Part shown: piece after piece, positions 38,836 to 51,101 of the stretch | How positions within the stretch are numbered: position 1 is the first letter of the stretch | Layout: each line of letters opens with the position of its first letter | Assembly: GCF_963921235.1 (NCBI RefSeq) | Contig: NC_086109.1 | Span: 3,226,001-3,290,000 of the forward strand | Reading direction: 5' to 3' | Source: Mobula hypostoma | Lineage: Eukaryota | Length of the DNA: 64,000 nucleotides | Notes under the pieces: generated by a model | What the model was told of the DNA's origin: nothing | The model's input: the letters and a program-made list of their open reading frames with translations, nothing else | Databases searched by the model: none | Translations under genes and position numbers: made by a program

Positions 38836-40591
38836 ACTATGAACACTTCTCACTAAAATAGATTTTGGTTTCTTTTTGTTCCAATTGTGTTCTTGTAAAA
38901 ACTGTGTAGAATTTACATTTAATTATGTTTCCCTCGTGAATGTTCTTACCTGTGATACTGCTGCAAGTAAGTTTTTCATTGTATCTGCACAACCCTGTGC
39001 AGGATGATAAACTCACCCCGACTTTGAAAGTACGTGATGAAAAGTTGGCCCCGAGCACTGGTGCCCAGAGCCAATCTCGGATTCACTGCCTGACACCCAA
39101 AGTAAGACTCATTTACTCCAGCTCTCCGCTTCCTGTCTGACAACTGATCTTCCAACCATGCCAGCATGCTACCTCTTATCCTGCCTGCTTTAATTTAGCG
39201 CACCAGCCCTGTCTACAACACTTCACCAGAGGTCTTCTGAAAATCCAAACATATCACACAGAGGGAATGCATTTAAGGTGAGAAGGGAATGTGCTGGGGC
39301 AGGGGTTTATTTTACACAGAGAGTGGTGGGTGCCTGGAATGTGGGACCAGGGGCTATAGTAGAGGTGCTTAAGAGGCTGTTGGACAATGACACTCAAGTG
39401 TGCTGAAAATGGAGGAAGATGGACATTGTGCCTGCAAGAAAATGAATTTCAAGGTTGTATACGGTAACAAATACTGTATATACAATACATTGATAATAAA
39501 TTTACTTTGTCTTTGACTTTGTAAAGAGATTATTTTAGTTAGATAAATAGTCACTAGTTAAATCAATTTAACACAACAAAGTTTCTGTTTCTGACCTGTA
39601 CTGTTATATGTTCTATTTTTAAATAATAAACTTTGAGTTATTCAGCAGTAAAGTTTAGTTTAACTGCATGTTTTGCCCGGACGTGTCTTTAATCTCCATT
39701 TCCCCGGGAAGTCTCATATCATTATTCAATAGTAATTTCATTTCCTACTTCATTACTGCGATCTCTCCCGAACAAGCTTTGCAATTTGTCTGCTAATGTG
39801 TTGTGCCTACGAGGGACAGCGTTAAACCTGCCCAGACTCATTCCTTGTTAGGATTGGGCAGCAGAGGTAAGAGACATTTATCCAACAGCCTGGACTGAGT
39901 TGCGTGATGGCCTGGCGGTGACAGGCCATCTGCTCCTTCACAGCTCCACGCCCTCCAGCAGCTTGCTCGTCTCGAGCAGCCAAGATGCTCATTTCCATGA
40001 GAAATCCATCCTTCTGAATCACCTTCTTCCGAAATTCTAAGTACATTTAAATGGTATGCACTTTATAAATGCACCCTTATTTACAACCAACAGGAACCAA
40101 ACATTGAACCGAACGGAATATCTCCACCTAGTGTGCATTTGACTTGACAGAATAACAATGCTGATGACAGAACAGTCTGCAGGCAGGAGCATAGTAGTAC
40201 TAGAAATTGCCCCCGGCTTTTTCCTGCACAAAAATATGTTTAATTTTTTTCCTGATATTTGGACTTGGCTATAATTTCTCAAAATTGAGGGAAATGGAGA
40301 ACTAAGAAAGGATTGCTGCTGACCTGACAACATGCCTATTCCTGCCGGTATATTACGGAAACTGTGACAGCCTCCTGCAGGGTATCAGCTTTGTGCAGAG
40401 ATGCAGAGGCAGCAGGATCCACTTAAGGAAGGAATGATTGAAAGTCCACTCTGACATTGTTCTCTTTAGAAAATCTAAACTTTGCACTGACTAATAAAAT
40501 AACCCAACCATTCATAATTAAAATTGTTAGAATAACAAATTCATTAAACTATGTACTTACAGAACGGTGCCTCACTGAAACAAGGTGAGTG

Positions 40592-42545
40592 TTAAAATCA
40601 ATGGATATTTATCTAATAGTTTTACCCTAGAAAAAGGCACGAGACAGGGTTGTGCATGGTCACCGCTACTCTTCGCATTATATCTGGAACCATTAGTTCA
40701 ATACATCAGACAAAATGAAGATATCAGGGGAATTACAGGGGACAGAGCATAAATTGGCCTGTTACGCGGATGACATTTTGATCTATCTAGGGCAACCAAC
40801 ATACTCTTTACCTAAATTGATGCAATCCTTTGAACCATATGGCCAATCATCAGGATACAAGATCAACATAGATAAAACCCAACTACTTTCATATAACTAT
40901 AGCCCACCAAGAGAAATTGAAAGTAGGTATCTTTGGGCATGGCAAACAGAGACTGTTAAATATTTGGACATTATTATGCCAAAAGATTTGGCAAAATTAT
41001 CAGAATGCAATTATCAGCCTATATATAAAAAAATTAAGGAAGATATAACAAGATGGAACCTAATTCCTTTTTTTAGTCTCAGTTCAAGGATTGAATCTAT
41101 TAAAATGAATATGCTGCACAGACTACTGTATCTCTTTCGGACCCTACCAATAGACATTAACCAAAATCAATTCAATGAATGGAACAAGATGCTATCAAGA
41201 TATATATGGCAAGGTAAAAGGCCTAGAGTTTGTCTCAAAACTGCAATTAGCCAAGGAAAAAGGGGGGTGGGGCCTACCTTCTCTTAGAGATTATTATTTT
41301 GCAGCACAGTTGAGAGCTGTGATACGCTGGTGCAACCCATCATACGACGCTCAATGGAAAAACATTGAGGAGAGGATACTTTCCACCCCCATACAGGCAA
41401 TTTTAGCTGATAACAACCTACAAAGTTACATAAATATAATTGACAACCCATGGGTGAAATGGACTCTTAAAATATGGAAAACTATTATAAAAGAATATAA
41501 GCTACAAAGAGACATTGCAATTCTTAAATGGTGTGCATATGACTCAGATTTAATGCTGAATAAACTGGATGCTAGATTTAGGGACTGGACAGCTAAAGGA
41601 ATAACAGCTATTTGCAATATAATGAAAGAAGGAACACTGTTCAGTTTGAAATGCTCAAAGAGAAACACTTATTAAAAAAACAAGGCTTTTATCGGTATTT
41701 ACAGATGCGACAGTATGTTAATAGGACGGTTAAAAATGTAACCAAGGCAAGTACATTTCTGATAGAAATATTTAGAAAAGCATATAATTCAGATAACGGT
41801 AGTATAATCATTTCAAGCATGTATAAGGGTTTGTCAAATCTTAAAACACATTCGACTTAAAACAAAATGGGAGAAGGAGGGATAATAATATCTGAGGAAC
41901 AATGGACAATAATATGGAGGTATCAATGGAAGTGTACCAATTCACAGAAATGGAGGGAGTTTGGGTGGAAAAACTTGATAAGGTATTTTATTACACCCTC
42001 TCAGAAATCCCATTATGATAGTAACCTCTCTGTTTGCTGGAGAAATTGTGGAAATCAAAATGCAAACCATTATCATATTTTCTGGGAATGCCCCGTTATC
42101 AAAGACTATTGGAGTGGGATACACAATGCCCTACAAGACGTCTTTAAATATGAAATACCCTTAGAAAGTAAGACCATATATTTTGGGTATATACCTCAAG
42201 TCCTGACAAAGGGTCTCGGCCTGAAACGTCGACTGCGCCTCTTCCTAGAGATGCTGCCTGGCCTGCTGCGTTCACCAGCAACTTTGATGTGTGTTGCTTG
42301 AATTTCCAGCATCTGCAGAATTCCTGTTGTTTGCGTTTAAATTCCCTACTCTGCACATAGATTTCTTCTTTCGATTGTTTTTTCTTTCCTCTCCTTTCTA
42401 TAAGTGTATACCTCAGATAAATATTATGTGGAGATTTGTGGCAAATATGATTATATGATATATATGTACAGTATCTGAAATACATCTTATAGAAATGTTT
42501 GTTTGATGATGAACTTCAATAAAAAAATAAATGCCAAAAAAAAAA
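40592..42545 (+). mobile_element. 5'-truncated L1-clade LINE (RT, C-terminal Cys/His domain, poly(A))
   Basis: [31 protein letters not shown]...HIFWEC; AATAAA plus poly(A); 15-bp TSD GAAACAAG(G/A)TGAGTG at 40577-40591 and 42546-42560. Confidence 0.92.
42199..42335 (+). mobile_element. Penelope pLTR fragment beginning at the hammerhead motif, inside L1
   Basis: Matches 55447-55544 and 10301-10432. Confidence 0.88.
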
Positions 42546-42884
42546 GAAACAAGATGAGTGGAGAAAAGTACATTTCCTACACCTGTATCTCATGTAGCCA
42601 AAGAGCTGCCTGAACTCCATCTGCTCTGAATACTGGTAATGTCAGGCAGACCTACAGTAGACAAGCATCTGCTTAAACTAAAAAGCTGTATTGGTATATT
42701 GAGGAAAAGGCCTTCATTGGTGTTGGTTTGAATGCATATGCTGCTGATGTGGGTATTTGTGGAGAGCATTCTAAAAGGCTGCATCACTGTCTGGGTTGGG
42801 GTTGGGGGTGGGCTACCACACAGGATCAGGATAAGCTGCAGAGTTCCCACAGATGTAGATATCAAACTGCCCCAAGATGCAGTG

Positions 42885-43590
42885 GTCAGACACAAACAAG
42901 GGTAAGACAAAGGAACACATACCAATCCTCATAGAGGGATCAGAAGTGGAGAGAGTGAGCAGTTTCAAGTTGCTGGGTGTCAAGATCTCTGAGGATCTAA
43001 CCTGGTCCCAACATATCGATGTAGTTAAAAAGAAGGCAAGACAGTGGCTATACTTCATTAGGAGTTTGAAGAGATTTGGCATGTCAACAAATACACTCAA
43101 AAACTTCTGTAGTTGTACCATGGAGAGCATTCTGACAGGCTGCATCACTGTCTGGTGTGGAGGGGCTACTGCACAGGGCCGAAAGAAGCTGCAGAAGGTT
43201 GTAAATCTAGTCAGCTCCATCTTGGGTACAAAGTACCCAGGACTTCTTCAAGGAGCAGTGACTCAGAAAGGCAGCGTCCATTATTAAGGACCTCCAGCAC
43301 CCAGGGCATGCCCTTTTCTCACTGTTACCATCAGGAAGGAGGTACAGAAGCCTGAAGGCACACACTCAGCGATTCAGGAACAGTTTCTTCCCCTCTGCCA
43401 TCAGATTTCTAAATAGACATTGAACCCATGAACACTACCTGACAACTTTTTATTTCCATTTTACACTATTTATTTAACTATTAGAAATATATACTTACTG
43501 TAATTCATATTTTTCCATTATTATGTATTTCATTGTACTGCTGCCACAACAAAATTTCAGTACATTTGCTGGTGATATGAAACCTGATTC
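42885..43590 (+). mobile_element. Rex1/Babar-like LINE 3' end
   Basis: ORF 42877-43287 is near-identical to 13987-14415 (minus strand). Confidence 0.9.
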
Positions 43591-43614
43591 AAAGGGAAAA
43601 TAGCCCGTGTAATC

Positions 43615-44000
43615 AGACCATAAGACATATGAGCAGAATTTGGCCATTCGGACAATCAAATCTGCTTCACCATTCCAGCATGGCTGACTTACTATCCCTC
43701 TCAACCACATTCTTCTGACCTCCCTATAACCTTTAATGTCCTATATAATAAGAACCTATCGACCACCTTTTCAGATATACCCAATGACTTGGCCTCCACA
43801 GCCACCTGTGGCATCGAATTCCACAGATTCACCGATCTCTGTTCTAAATGGACATCTCTCTGTTCTGAGGATATGCTCTTTTATTCTAAGACTCCCCCAC
43901 CAACAGAAAAATCCTTTTCACATCCACGCTATCTAGGCCTTTCAATATTCGATAGATTTCAATGAGATCCCCCCCCCCTCATTCTTTTAAACTCCAGTGG
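43615..44000 (-). mobile_element. CR1 3' end
   Basis: CCATAAGA tail; similar to 28625-29000. Confidence 0.75.
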
Positions 44001-45147
44001 ATAAGAGGTGAGAATAGCCATGCAGTGAACATATGTTCCTGATTCCAGCCCTGCAAGCTATCTTTCTCCCTGTTTCCAGTACACAAGCAGATCTCCATCC
44101 CCATGCCTTCTTTCCTCTCTGTATCTGCTGAAAAAACAATTTCACAGAATCGCTGAATATTTAGTCAGGAAGTCTACCCAATCCAGTCTTTGTGATAGAA
44201 CAATCCAAGACGTTCCACTCCTCACTCTTTTCCCACAACACTACAAGCTCTTTCCTTTCAAACTCAGCTCTACAATGGATATCTACTAACTGAGCCTGCC
44301 TGCAGAACCACTCCGAATTGTCCATTCTACAGTCTAACAGCTCGCAGTGTGAGAAGGGGTTCTCTAGATATTCTCCACAGCGTTGTACAACCACCAGCCT
44401 CTGGTACAATCAGTATCACCCTCTGCAGTCCATTCTACAGTCTGAGCACATGCTGGGTAAGGAAGGGTTTACTATATGCACTGTACTACCACTAGCTTTC
44501 AGTATCATCCTTGACCACAGGTACCAGTGATCCAGTGGTCCGCCCCTAGTTGTCCATTGCATAGTCTAACAGTTTGCTGTGTGGGAAGGGGATTTCCATA
44601 TGTCACATTTGGTTCTGTTATTACTCTTTTCATTATACATCCCCTGGCTCCTGACCAGCTTGCCAGCAGGGGCAGTTTCTATCCATCGGCACTGTCTGAA
44701 ACCTACCCACCACATACCTGCAACATTCAGTCACCCAGCCACACAGACAGACAATTCTCCAAATCCTGGACAGGCCTCTGGGCTTCAGTCTCAAGTCTCC
44801 AGGCTTTGACTATCGGGCTTCAGCTTGGGAGAAATATTGGCGAGTACCGAATTAGAATCTAGTTATTAATAATGTATTGTGTATGAGTTGTATGTGAATG
44901 TGCCAGGTAGAGTTTAACCATCTGTGGCTCCCACTATTTCTATAGTGCTGACGGGCTAATAACAAACTGTTTGAAAGTCTATCACATACAAACAGTTGGT
45001 AAACTGGATGTGGTGTGCAGTGAACCATCAGAGACAGCAGACAAGAGAACTGTGGTGCGGAGAAACTGTGAACCCATGTGTTTGATAACCACTTGTGTCA
45101 CTGGGTGAAATACACTGTTCAATGTCTATAGACACTGTGAAATATCT

Positions 45148-45303
45148 ATAGAACACAGAACAGGGAACAGACAACACAGAACAGGGAACAGACAACATGG
45201 AACAGGGAACAGACAACACGGAACAGGGAACAGACAACACAGAACAGGGAACACAGAACACAGAACAGGGAACAGACAACGTGGAACAAGGAACAGAGAA
45301 CAA
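45148..45303. repeat. About 21-bp tandem repeat (AACAGGGAACAGACAACACAG)n
   Basis: About 7 copies seen directly. Confidence 0.92.
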
Positions 45304-45574
45304 GTCAGAAGATAATGTTGAGTCACCTTAACATTGAGCAGAGTGTTCCCTTTCTCACAAAGAATCATCTACCTGAAACATTTGCTCTGTTTCTCTCCAG
45401 GGATGCTGGGTGCCTCGCTGAGCCTTTCTCACAGTAGGGCAAGGTGCTCCTGCCTCCAGGAATGGCTTACTCTCATGGAGGGATTAATTATCCATATGAA
45501 CTTTGAGGAGTGCATGGACAATAGCGATGGAGAAAGACAGGGTGCAAGCCCATGCACACAGTGACCCAAGCAAG

Positions 45575-46570
45575 AGAAAATCTGCCGGCGCTGGAAATAC
45601 AAAGCATCACTCACAAAATGCTGGAGGAACTCAGCAGGTCAGGCAGCATCTATGGAAAAGAGTGAACAGTCATCATGACTGGAAAGAATGGGGACAGGTC
45701 AGAGTAAGAAGGTGGGAGGAGGGGTGGAAGAAGTACAAGGTGGCATGTGATAGGTGAAACTGGGAGGGAGTAAAGGGGTGAAATAAAGAGCTGCTAAGGT
45801 CATTGGTGGAAGAGATAAAGGGCTCGAGAAGTGGGAATAGAAACATAGAAATATAGAAAGCCTACAGCACAGTACAGGCCCTTTGGCCCACAAAGCTGTG
45901 CTGATCATGTCCTTACCTTAGAATTTACCTAGGCTTACCCATAACCTTCTATTTTTCTAAGCTCCATGTACCTCCATGTACCATGAATCTGAAAGGAGAG
46001 TACAGAAGACTCTAGAAGAAAGGGAAGGGGGAGGAGCACCAGAAGGAGGTGATGGGCAGGTAAGGAGATAAGTTGGGAGAGGGAAACAGGAATGGGGAAT
46101 GGTGAAGGAGAGTGGGGGTCAGTCACTGGAAGTTTGAGAAATCGGTGTTCATGCCATCAGGTTGGAAGCTATCCGGTTAGAATATAAAGTATTGCTCTTC
46201 CAATCTGAGTGTTCCTCATCGTGGCAGTAGAGGAGGCCATGGACTGACATGCCAGAATGGGAATGGGAAGTAGAATTGAAATGGGTGGCCATTAGGACAT
46301 CCTGCTTTTTGAGGCAAATGGGGCGATGGTGCTTGACGATGCAGTCTCCAAATCTACACTGGGCTCACAGGAGGCCACACCAGGAGCACTGGATACAGTA
46401 GATGACCTGAACAGTCTCTCAGGTGAAGCATCACCTCACATGGAAGGACTGTTTGGGACTCTGAATGGCAGCGAGGGAGGAGGTGTAGGAACAGGTGTGG
46501 CACTTGTTCCACTTGCAAGGATAAGTGCCAGGAGGGAGATCAGTGGGAAGTGAGGAGTGGACAAGGGAGT
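45575..46570 (-). mobile_element. Penelope-like element (GIY-YIG endonuclease relic + pLTR), interrupted by a CR1 tail at about 45836-45980
   Basis: Minus strand: ATHFNSTSHSHS...RLEEQYFIF..FQPDGMNTDFSNF; pLTR similar to 55150-55544. Confidence 0.8.
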
Positions 46571-46873
46571 TGTATTCCCCCACAGGTCCTGAAGCCCATC
46601 AATGAGTACAAGGTGATCACATTGCCCAGTCCAACTAAAGGTTCAAATGGTTCCATTTATTATCAGAGAATGTATACAGTATACAACCTGACATTCTTAC
46701 TCTTCACAGACATCCATGAAAAACAGAAGAACCCCAAAAGAACAAATGACAGAAAAACGTTAGTACCCCAAAGCCCCCTCTCCCCCTCCCCTGCACGAGC
46801 AACAGCAAAGCCTCAGAGAGACAATGATCTGCAGTCAACAAAAGCTAATGTTCAGCCAACAGTTCAACATGTC

Positions 46874-47102
46874 TGTGGTAAACCATGTATATATGTTGTA
46901 ACTCAGTTACCTGTCTGGACACACCCCTCTGCTGACTGCCCCTGTGGCTCCTCCCACAGAATCCTGTATAAAGGTGTTCGCCTTGCCCCTCCCCCTCAGT
47001 CCGGGGGCAGACACTCACTGTGGAGGTCGTATTGTACAGCGAATGAAAGCCTTTCAGTATTTTACCAAACCTCAGTCTTTTGGAGTAATTGAAGGTGCTT
47101 CA
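46874..47102 (+). repeat. 5' LTR (229 bp)
   Basis: Direct repeat of 51102-51331; TATAAA near 46967, Inr-like TCAGT near 46996, AATGAAA at 47042. Confidence 0.96.
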
Positions 47103-47103
47103 A

Positions 47104-47119
47104 TTTTATTCGCTGTACA
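47104..47119 (+). promoter_or_regulatory. Non-tRNA primer-binding-site position, complementary to LTR 47033-47048
   Basis: TTTTATTCGCTGTACA pairs with TGTACAGCGAATGAAA (15 Watson-Crick pairs + 1 G-U); no TGG after the LTR. Confidence 0.75.
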
Positions 47120-47128
47120 TTTTAAAAC

Positions 47129-47870
47129 ATGGAACAGGCCCTGAGACCAGAAAAATTAGACCTCAATCCGCAAACACCTGAAGCTGGAAACGCTTTCGAA
47201 CTCTGGCTGGTCTGCTTCGAAGCGTATCTAGAGGAGATTAAAGCGACCGACCCCATAGTGAAGCGCAGAGTTCTACTCTCCAGGGTCAGTCTACAGGTTT
47301 ATTCGCTGATCAGAGACCAGCCAAACTACGACGGCGCAATGAACGCACTCAAAAGACAATACCTGCGGCCGATAAACAGCGTCTATGCTCGGCACCGTTT
47401 AGCGACACGGCAACAACGGTCCGGGGAATCGAGTGCTGAGTTTGTCCGGGTCCTACAGACACTCGTGCAGGTCTGCAATTGCCAGGAGCTGACGGCGGTG
47501 CAGCATGCAGAACTCCTAGTGAGAGACGCCTTCGTCATGGGGACCAGGTCAGTGTACGTGCGCCAGCGGCTGCTGGAAAAAGCCGATCTTACCCTAAGTT
47601 CGGCGATGGAGCTGGCTGATACGTTGGAGGCCGCTCTGCATAACTCCGAGGCTCTCCAGGCACGCGATCCCCCGATGGCCTCGTGGGTGCCGCAGACCCC
47701 GCAACCTGCCGACGAATCGACCTCGGCTGCCGCCAGTCGTGGGTCCACGAGTGCTACTTCTGCGGACTGGAGAAGCACCCCCGGAAACGCTGCGCTGCCC
47801 GACAAACTACCTGTTCCAGCTGCGGAAAGAAGGGCCACTTCGCCAAGGTCTGTAAGTCAAAACCGCGAGC
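47129..47870 (+). pseudogene. gag: Gag with two CCHC zinc knuckles (frameshift near 47740-47750)
   Basis: ORF from ATG 47129 (RHRLATRQQRSGES, VRDAFV); CYFCGLEKHPRKRC and CSSCGKKGHFAKVC lie in another frame. Confidence 0.88.
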
Positions 47871-48039
47871 AGGATCGAGCAGCGCCGCGAGCGAGACATG
47901 GGGGCCGCCATCTTGCCTGCCGCCATCTTCCCTGCACACTGCCACCACCATGTACCATCTTGGTCAGCGCCACCTCCCACCGCCTACGACCAACGGGTGC
48001 TCACGGGCCACCCCATCACGCCGGACCAAGACAGCGACC

Positions 48040-48470
48040 CCACCCTGGCTTCCGTGACCCTCGACCAAAGCGCTCACCGCCAGCTTGCAAGGTCAATGAT
48101 AGACATCCTGGTGGAGGGGCACAGGACAAGCTGCCTGTTTGACACAGGCAGCACGGAGAGTTTTATCCACCCGGCCACGGTGCAGCATTGTGGACTCATG
48201 ATACGGCCGGTAAGTCAGATGGTCACCATGGCCTCCGGGTCACATACAACAGACATCCAGGAGGGTTGTGTAGCGACACTAGTGGTGCAGGGCACAGAAT
48301 ATCGGGACTTTACGTTACTGGTCTTGCCTCAACTGTGTGCCCCTGTGCTGTTGGGGTTGGACTTCCAGAGCCATCTGAAAAGCGTGACAATGAAGTATGA
48401 TGGGTCCCTCCAGCTTATTACTGTCATAAATCCCCTGTTTTGTAGAGATTTGTCACATACCCCGCTACTG
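48040..48470 (+). pseudogene. Aspartic protease domain
   Basis: LFDTGSTESFI and VLLGLDF in ORF 47898-48644. Confidence 0.9.
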
Positions 48471-48471
48471 A

Positions 48472-48472
<1 letters not shown>

Positions 48473-48525
<53 letters not shown>
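48473..48525. repeat. (CA)26 microsatellite within the pol PR-RT linker
   Basis: Direct observation. Confidence 0.97.
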
Positions 48526-48527
<2 letters not shown>

Positions 48528-48767
48528 ACCCGCACATCCCACCCAACATCATGCCAACTGCCACACTACCGACGTCACTTGCGGCCCCTCCACCCTCAGG
48601 ATCCCTCCCTCATCACTGTTCGCCAACCTGACCCCCGACTGTAAACCTGTGGCAACTAAAAGCAGGAGGTACAGCGCGGGGGACAGAGCCTTCATTAAGT
48701 CGGAGGTGCAGCGGCTGCTCAGGGAGGGGGAGTCATTGAGGCAAGCACAAGTCCTTGGAGGGCGCAG

Positions 48768-51032
48768 GTGGTGGTTGTTCGGAACGGGGAGAAGAATAGG
48801 ATGGCCGTGGACTATAGCCAGACCATCAATAGGGTCACACAGCTCGACGCGTACCCTCTACCCCGCATCGCGGATATGGTCAATCAGATAGCACAGTACA
48901 AGGTGTACTCGACCATAGACCTAAAATCCGCCTACCATCAGCTCCCCATCCGCCGGGAGGACCGCCCTTACACTGCCTTCGAGGCGGACGGCAGGCTTTA
49001 TCAATTCCTGTGCGTCCCCTTTGGTGTCACAAATGGTGTATCTGTCTTCCAGAGGGCAATGGACCGGATGGTGGACCAGTGCCAACTGAAAGCCATGTTC
49101 CCATATCTGGATAACATCACCATCTGCGGTCACGACCAGCAGGATCACGACAACAACCTCCAAAAATTTCTCCAAGCGGCCAAATCTTTCAACCTCACCT
49201 ATAACAAGGACAAGTGTGTATTTAGGACCACCCGACTTGCTATCCTTGGGTGTGTCGTGGAGAATGGAGTCATTGGCCCTGACCCCGACCGTATGCGCTC
49301 CCTGTTGGAAGTCCTTCTTCCCAACACCCTCAGAGCCCTCAAAAGGTGCCTGGGCTTCTTTTCATATTACGCCCAATGGGTCTCTAACTATGCAGACAAG
49401 GCCCGCCCCCTGGTCAAGTCCACCACATTCCCCCTCTCTGCCAAGGCCCACGCGGCCTTCAACCGCATAAAAGGGGACATTGCCAAAGCAGCAATGCATG
49501 CAGTGGACGAGGCCGTTCCCTTCCAAGTAGAGAGTGACGCCTCCGACTTTGCGCTGGCTGCTACCCTCAACCAGGCAGGAAGACCAGTGGCGTTCTTCTC
49601 CTGTACCCTTCAAGGCCCTGAAATTCGGCACTCTGCAGTGGAGAAAGAGGCCCAGGCCATAGTGGAAGCTATAAGGCACTGGAGGCACTATCTCACCGGC
49701 AAAAGGTTCACCCTGCTAACTGACCAGCGCTCAGTCACATTCATGTTTAATAATCAGCAGCGGAGCAAAATCAAAAATGATAAAATTCTGAGGTGGAGAA
49801 TCAAACTCTCCACCTACAACTATGACATCATGTACAGGCCTGGGAAGCTCAACGAGCCCTCCGATGCCCTATTCTGGGGAAAGTGCGCCAGCGCGCAGAT
49901 CGATCGGCTATACGCCCTACATGTAGACCTTTGCCACCCGGGAGTCACCCGGCTTTTCCACTTCGTGAAAGCCCGGAACCTGCCTTACTCCCTTGAGGAG
50001 ATCAGGATGATGACCAGGGACTGCCAAGTCTGCCCAGAGTGCAAACCGCACTTCTACCGACCCGAAAAGGCACAACTCATCAAGGCCACCCGCCCCTTTG
50101 AGCAACTGAGTGTTGACTTTAAGGGCCCTCTTCCCTCCACCGACTGCAATGTGTACTTTCTTAACGTAATTGACGAGTACTCGCGGTTCCCCTTCACCAT
50201 CCCCTGCCCCGACACCACTACCACGTCAGTTATAAAAGCCCTGCGCAAGCTCTTCACTCTGTTCGGATACTCATGCTATATCCACAGTGACAGAGGGTCC
50301 TCGTTTATGAGTGACGAGCTGTGCCAATATCTACTGGCTAGGGGAATTGCAACCAGTAGGACCACGAGCTACAATCTCCGGGGGAATGGACAGGTGGAGA
50401 AGGAGAATGGCACAGTGTGGAAAGCCACACTCTTAGCCCTCAGGTCAAAGGGACTGCCGGTCTCCCGCTGGCAGGAGGTCCTTCCCGAGGCACTCCACTC
50501 CATCCGCTCCCTGTTATGCACAGCCACCAATGCCACCCCTCATGAGCGGCTCTTTTCGTTTCCCAGAAAATCGACCACTGGAACCACCCTACCAACTTGG
50601 CTGACATCCCCGGGGCCAGTGCCGCTCCGGAAACATGCGAGGAGCAATAAATACTCCCCGATAGTCGAGAGAGTTCACTTACTTCATGCGAACCCCCAGT
50701 ATGCCTACGTGGTTTTACCTGATGGGCGGGAGGACACGGTCTCCATCCGCGACCTGGCGCCTGCAGGAGCTCCGGGCCCCTACCCTGAACACTCCGTGGT
50801 GGCTATTAACCCCGTACCCACCAATGTATGTACCTACAAGACACCGTGCACCCCAAACCCTATACAGACACCACACGGCACTCCCATACCGGGCGTGACG
50901 CACACGCACGAGGGATTACCGACGCCTAACGTGCTGGCACCTGAAGTCAGGCCGGAGCCAGCACAACCGCCATTGCCGGTGCTACGTAGATCACAGCGAC
51001 GGACTCGACCGCCTGATAGACTTAACCTGTAA
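48768..51032 (+). CDS. pol: Pol: RT, RNase H, integrase (open frame; upstream link frameshifted near 48730)
   Basis: DAYPLP, IDLKSAYHQ, PFGV, YLDN; SDASD, EKEAQA, TDQ; H-x4-H..C-x2-C, VDFKGP, IHSDRG, NGQVE. Confidence 0.93.
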   Translation: MVVVRNGEKNRMAVDYSQTINRVTQLDAYPLPRIADMVNQIAQYKVYSTIDLKSAYHQLPIRREDRPYTAFEADGRLYQFLCVPFGVTNGVSVFQRAMDRMVDQCQLKAMFPYLDNITICGHDQQDHDNNLQKFLQAAKSFNLTYNKDKCVFRTTRLAILGCVVENGVIGPDPDRMRSLLEVLLPNTLRALKRCLGFFSYYAQWVSNYADKARPLVKSTTFPLSAKAHAAFNRIKGDIAKAAMHAVDEAVPFQVESDASDFALAATLNQAGRPVAFFSCTLQGPEIRHSAVEKEAQAIVEAIRHWRHYLTGKRFTLLTDQRSVTFMFNNQQRSKIKNDKILRWRIKLSTYNYDIMYRPGKLNEPSDALFWGKCASAQIDRLYALHVDLCHPGVTRLFHFVKARNLPYSLEEIRMMTRDCQVCPECKPHFYRPEKAQLIKATRPFEQLSVDFKGPLPSTDCNVYFLNVIDEYSRFPFTIPCPDTTTTSVIKALRKLFTLFGYSCYIHSDRGSSFMSDELCQYLLARGIATSRTTSYNLRGNGQVEKENGTVWKATLLALRSKGLPVSRWQEVLPEALHSIRSLLCTATNATPHERLFSFPRKSTTGTTLPTWLTSPGPVPLRKHARSNKYSPIVERVHLLHANPQYAYVVLPDGREDTVSIRDLAPAGAPGPYPEHSVVAINPVPTNVCTYKTPCTPNPIQTPHGTPIPGVTHTHEGLPTPNVLAPEVRPEPAQPPLPVLRRSQRRTRPPDRLNL

Positions 51033-51083
51033 ATATACTTCTTGTAAATATTGTCAGTCACTTCACCCCGCGGGACTCTTTTT

Positions 51084-51101
51084 AAAAAAAGGAGGGGTGA
51101 A
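51084..51101 (+). promoter_or_regulatory. Polypurine tract
   Basis: AAAAAAAGGAGGGGTGAA immediately before the 3' LTR. Confidence 0.9.

Noticed and set aside
40554..40591. Possible 14-nt minus-strand micro-exon (ttgtttcag|TGAGGCACCGTTCT|gtaagt) beside the L1 insertion
   Set aside because: Splice-like motifs only; not frame-preserving and no transcript or homology support
47129..48142. 337-aa ORF as an intact or domesticated gag gene
   Set aside because: The C-terminal part is out of frame with the zinc knuckles, and it lies in an ordinary provirus with LTRs and TSD
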